A stretch of DNA of 63,997 bases, the filler included, from Perkinsus olseni (taxonomy: Eukaryota): assembly GCA_013115125.1 (NCBI GenBank). It is 5 parts of 5 records of this genome, joined end to end, with 100 filler letters (N's around TTAATTAATTAA, not from the genome) between each part and the next. Parts side by side here need not be neighbours in the genome. Positions count along the whole stretch, not along the records: positions 55,234 to 63,997 come from JABANN010000948.1; 4 more parts are not named here. One strand, 5' to 3'. Below the pieces are notes generated by a model. It ran no database searches, had not been told where the DNA came from, and worked only from the letters and a program-made list of their open reading frames with translations. Of this stretch, positions 62,941 through 63,997 are shown piece after piece. A program made the translations under genes and the position numbers. Numbering within the stretch: the stretch's first letter is position 1; the number at the start of each line of letters is the position of its first letter.

Positions 62941-63165
62941 ATTCACGAAGGGCATCGAATAACTCAAAAGCCGCACGGAGCAGGCAAACGCAAGGAAAAT
63001 AACCCGAGGATTGATGCTCGGCTTAGATACTACGGGCCACCCGAATGTTGCTCATCGAGTAGATGAATCGACGATGTATAATACAGCAGTGTGACTCGCA
63101 GAACCAAACGAGCGGTATGGATATTGCATAATTCCAGCACTTCGTGCACGCTTTCTGCTACATAG

Positions 63166-63238
63166 AACATACTGGCATAGTGGTATGCGCCTCTGCTTCC
63201 ACGCGCACGGTCGCTGGTTCGAGCACAAGAGGCCGAAT
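63166..63238 (+). pseudogene. tRNA-like A/B-box element (pseudo-tRNA or SINE head)
   Basis: A-box TGGCATAGTGGT and B-box GGTCGCTGGTTCGAG at tRNA-like spacing; the stems do not pair. Confidence 0.45.
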
Positions 63239-63997
63239 TGACGTCAGGCAGTTAGACACCGGAGTCCCAGCGCCACCTGAGCCGGCGTGAGAATTTTTAC
63301 ACGCCAGGCGCGGGGCCGCTCTGCGACTGGTGTGCAAACGAGATTTCAGTGTACGGATCGTTCAATCTAACTGGTGAACAATATATGCTCGTGAGAGCTC
63401 ATCGTTGACGGCTCGACTCAATGCACTGCGGTTCTTCCTGGCATGCGGAGCAAACCTTGTTTTTCTCCTCACTCTTGAAAAAATGCCCTTCCTCCACCCG
63501 GTTTGTTCCCTTTTTGTGATTGTGCTCCCTACGATCGAACATCTGGTACTTGAGTGGTCACACCTAGCGTATTTATGAGCATAATACCTGCCTTTTAACG
63601 TCCTTGCCCACGATTCAGAGCGCTTCTTAACTCATCTTCTCTACTCATCAGAGGAATCTTTGCGCCAAACTGTATTTATAGTCCGATCATCTCGCCGCAA
63701 AGTTTGATAGAAATACTATGTTCGTATACCATTTTCTGCCTTCTCGGTCTATTCATCTTCCATCATGTACTATCTGCGGTTCTGTCTAGCTCTATCGGCT
63801 TCCGCTAGCGCGGGACGTATATAGGGCTATGGGCTTACGCCCGTAAAGCCTGGGAAGAAGTTTCGAAGTCACCCGAGACGGCCGAGATTTCGTTCCTCGC
63901 ATTTCTAACCTTCGACTCAGAAATCCGATTTCACTCCTTATTTTGGCGTTCGAAGAAAAAATGTTTAATGTATATTTTGGGTGCGCGTGTCGCACGG

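Overview
This is a eukaryotic draft assembly made of five unrelated contigs (1-13729, 13830-27542, 27643-41339, 41440-55133, 55234-end). They are joined by artificial 100-bp N/TTAATTAATTAA linkers, so synteny across the linkers means nothing. Short GT-AG introns, a KG-rich PABPN1 tail and a myzozoan-type mitochondrial protein suggest a Perkinsus-like alveolate (inference). Genes recognised: a secreted repeat protein, an M23 peptidase, a WIPI/Atg18-family propeller, an ApiCox30-like protein, an LRR protein, PABPN1, two ERp18/TXNDC12-like copies lacking CxxC, an MCCB fragment, TMEM144, a SAM methyltransferase, thiolase, a COPI-associated protein and two intact tRNA-Arg genes. Mobile DNA includes a TIR element, Gypsy-like remnants and a compact 4-kb Bel/Pao-like LTR element. 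The main finding is in contig 4. At least eight short spliceosomal introns in five different genes are largely built from tRNA sequence: one intact antisense tRNA-Arg(ACG), one degenerate full-length Ser-like tRNA whose 5' G is the intron GT, and six tRNA 3' halves, several keeping the Pol III T-run. This points to tRNA genes acting as a source of new introns. All gene models and tRNA assignments were made by eye; no searches were run.
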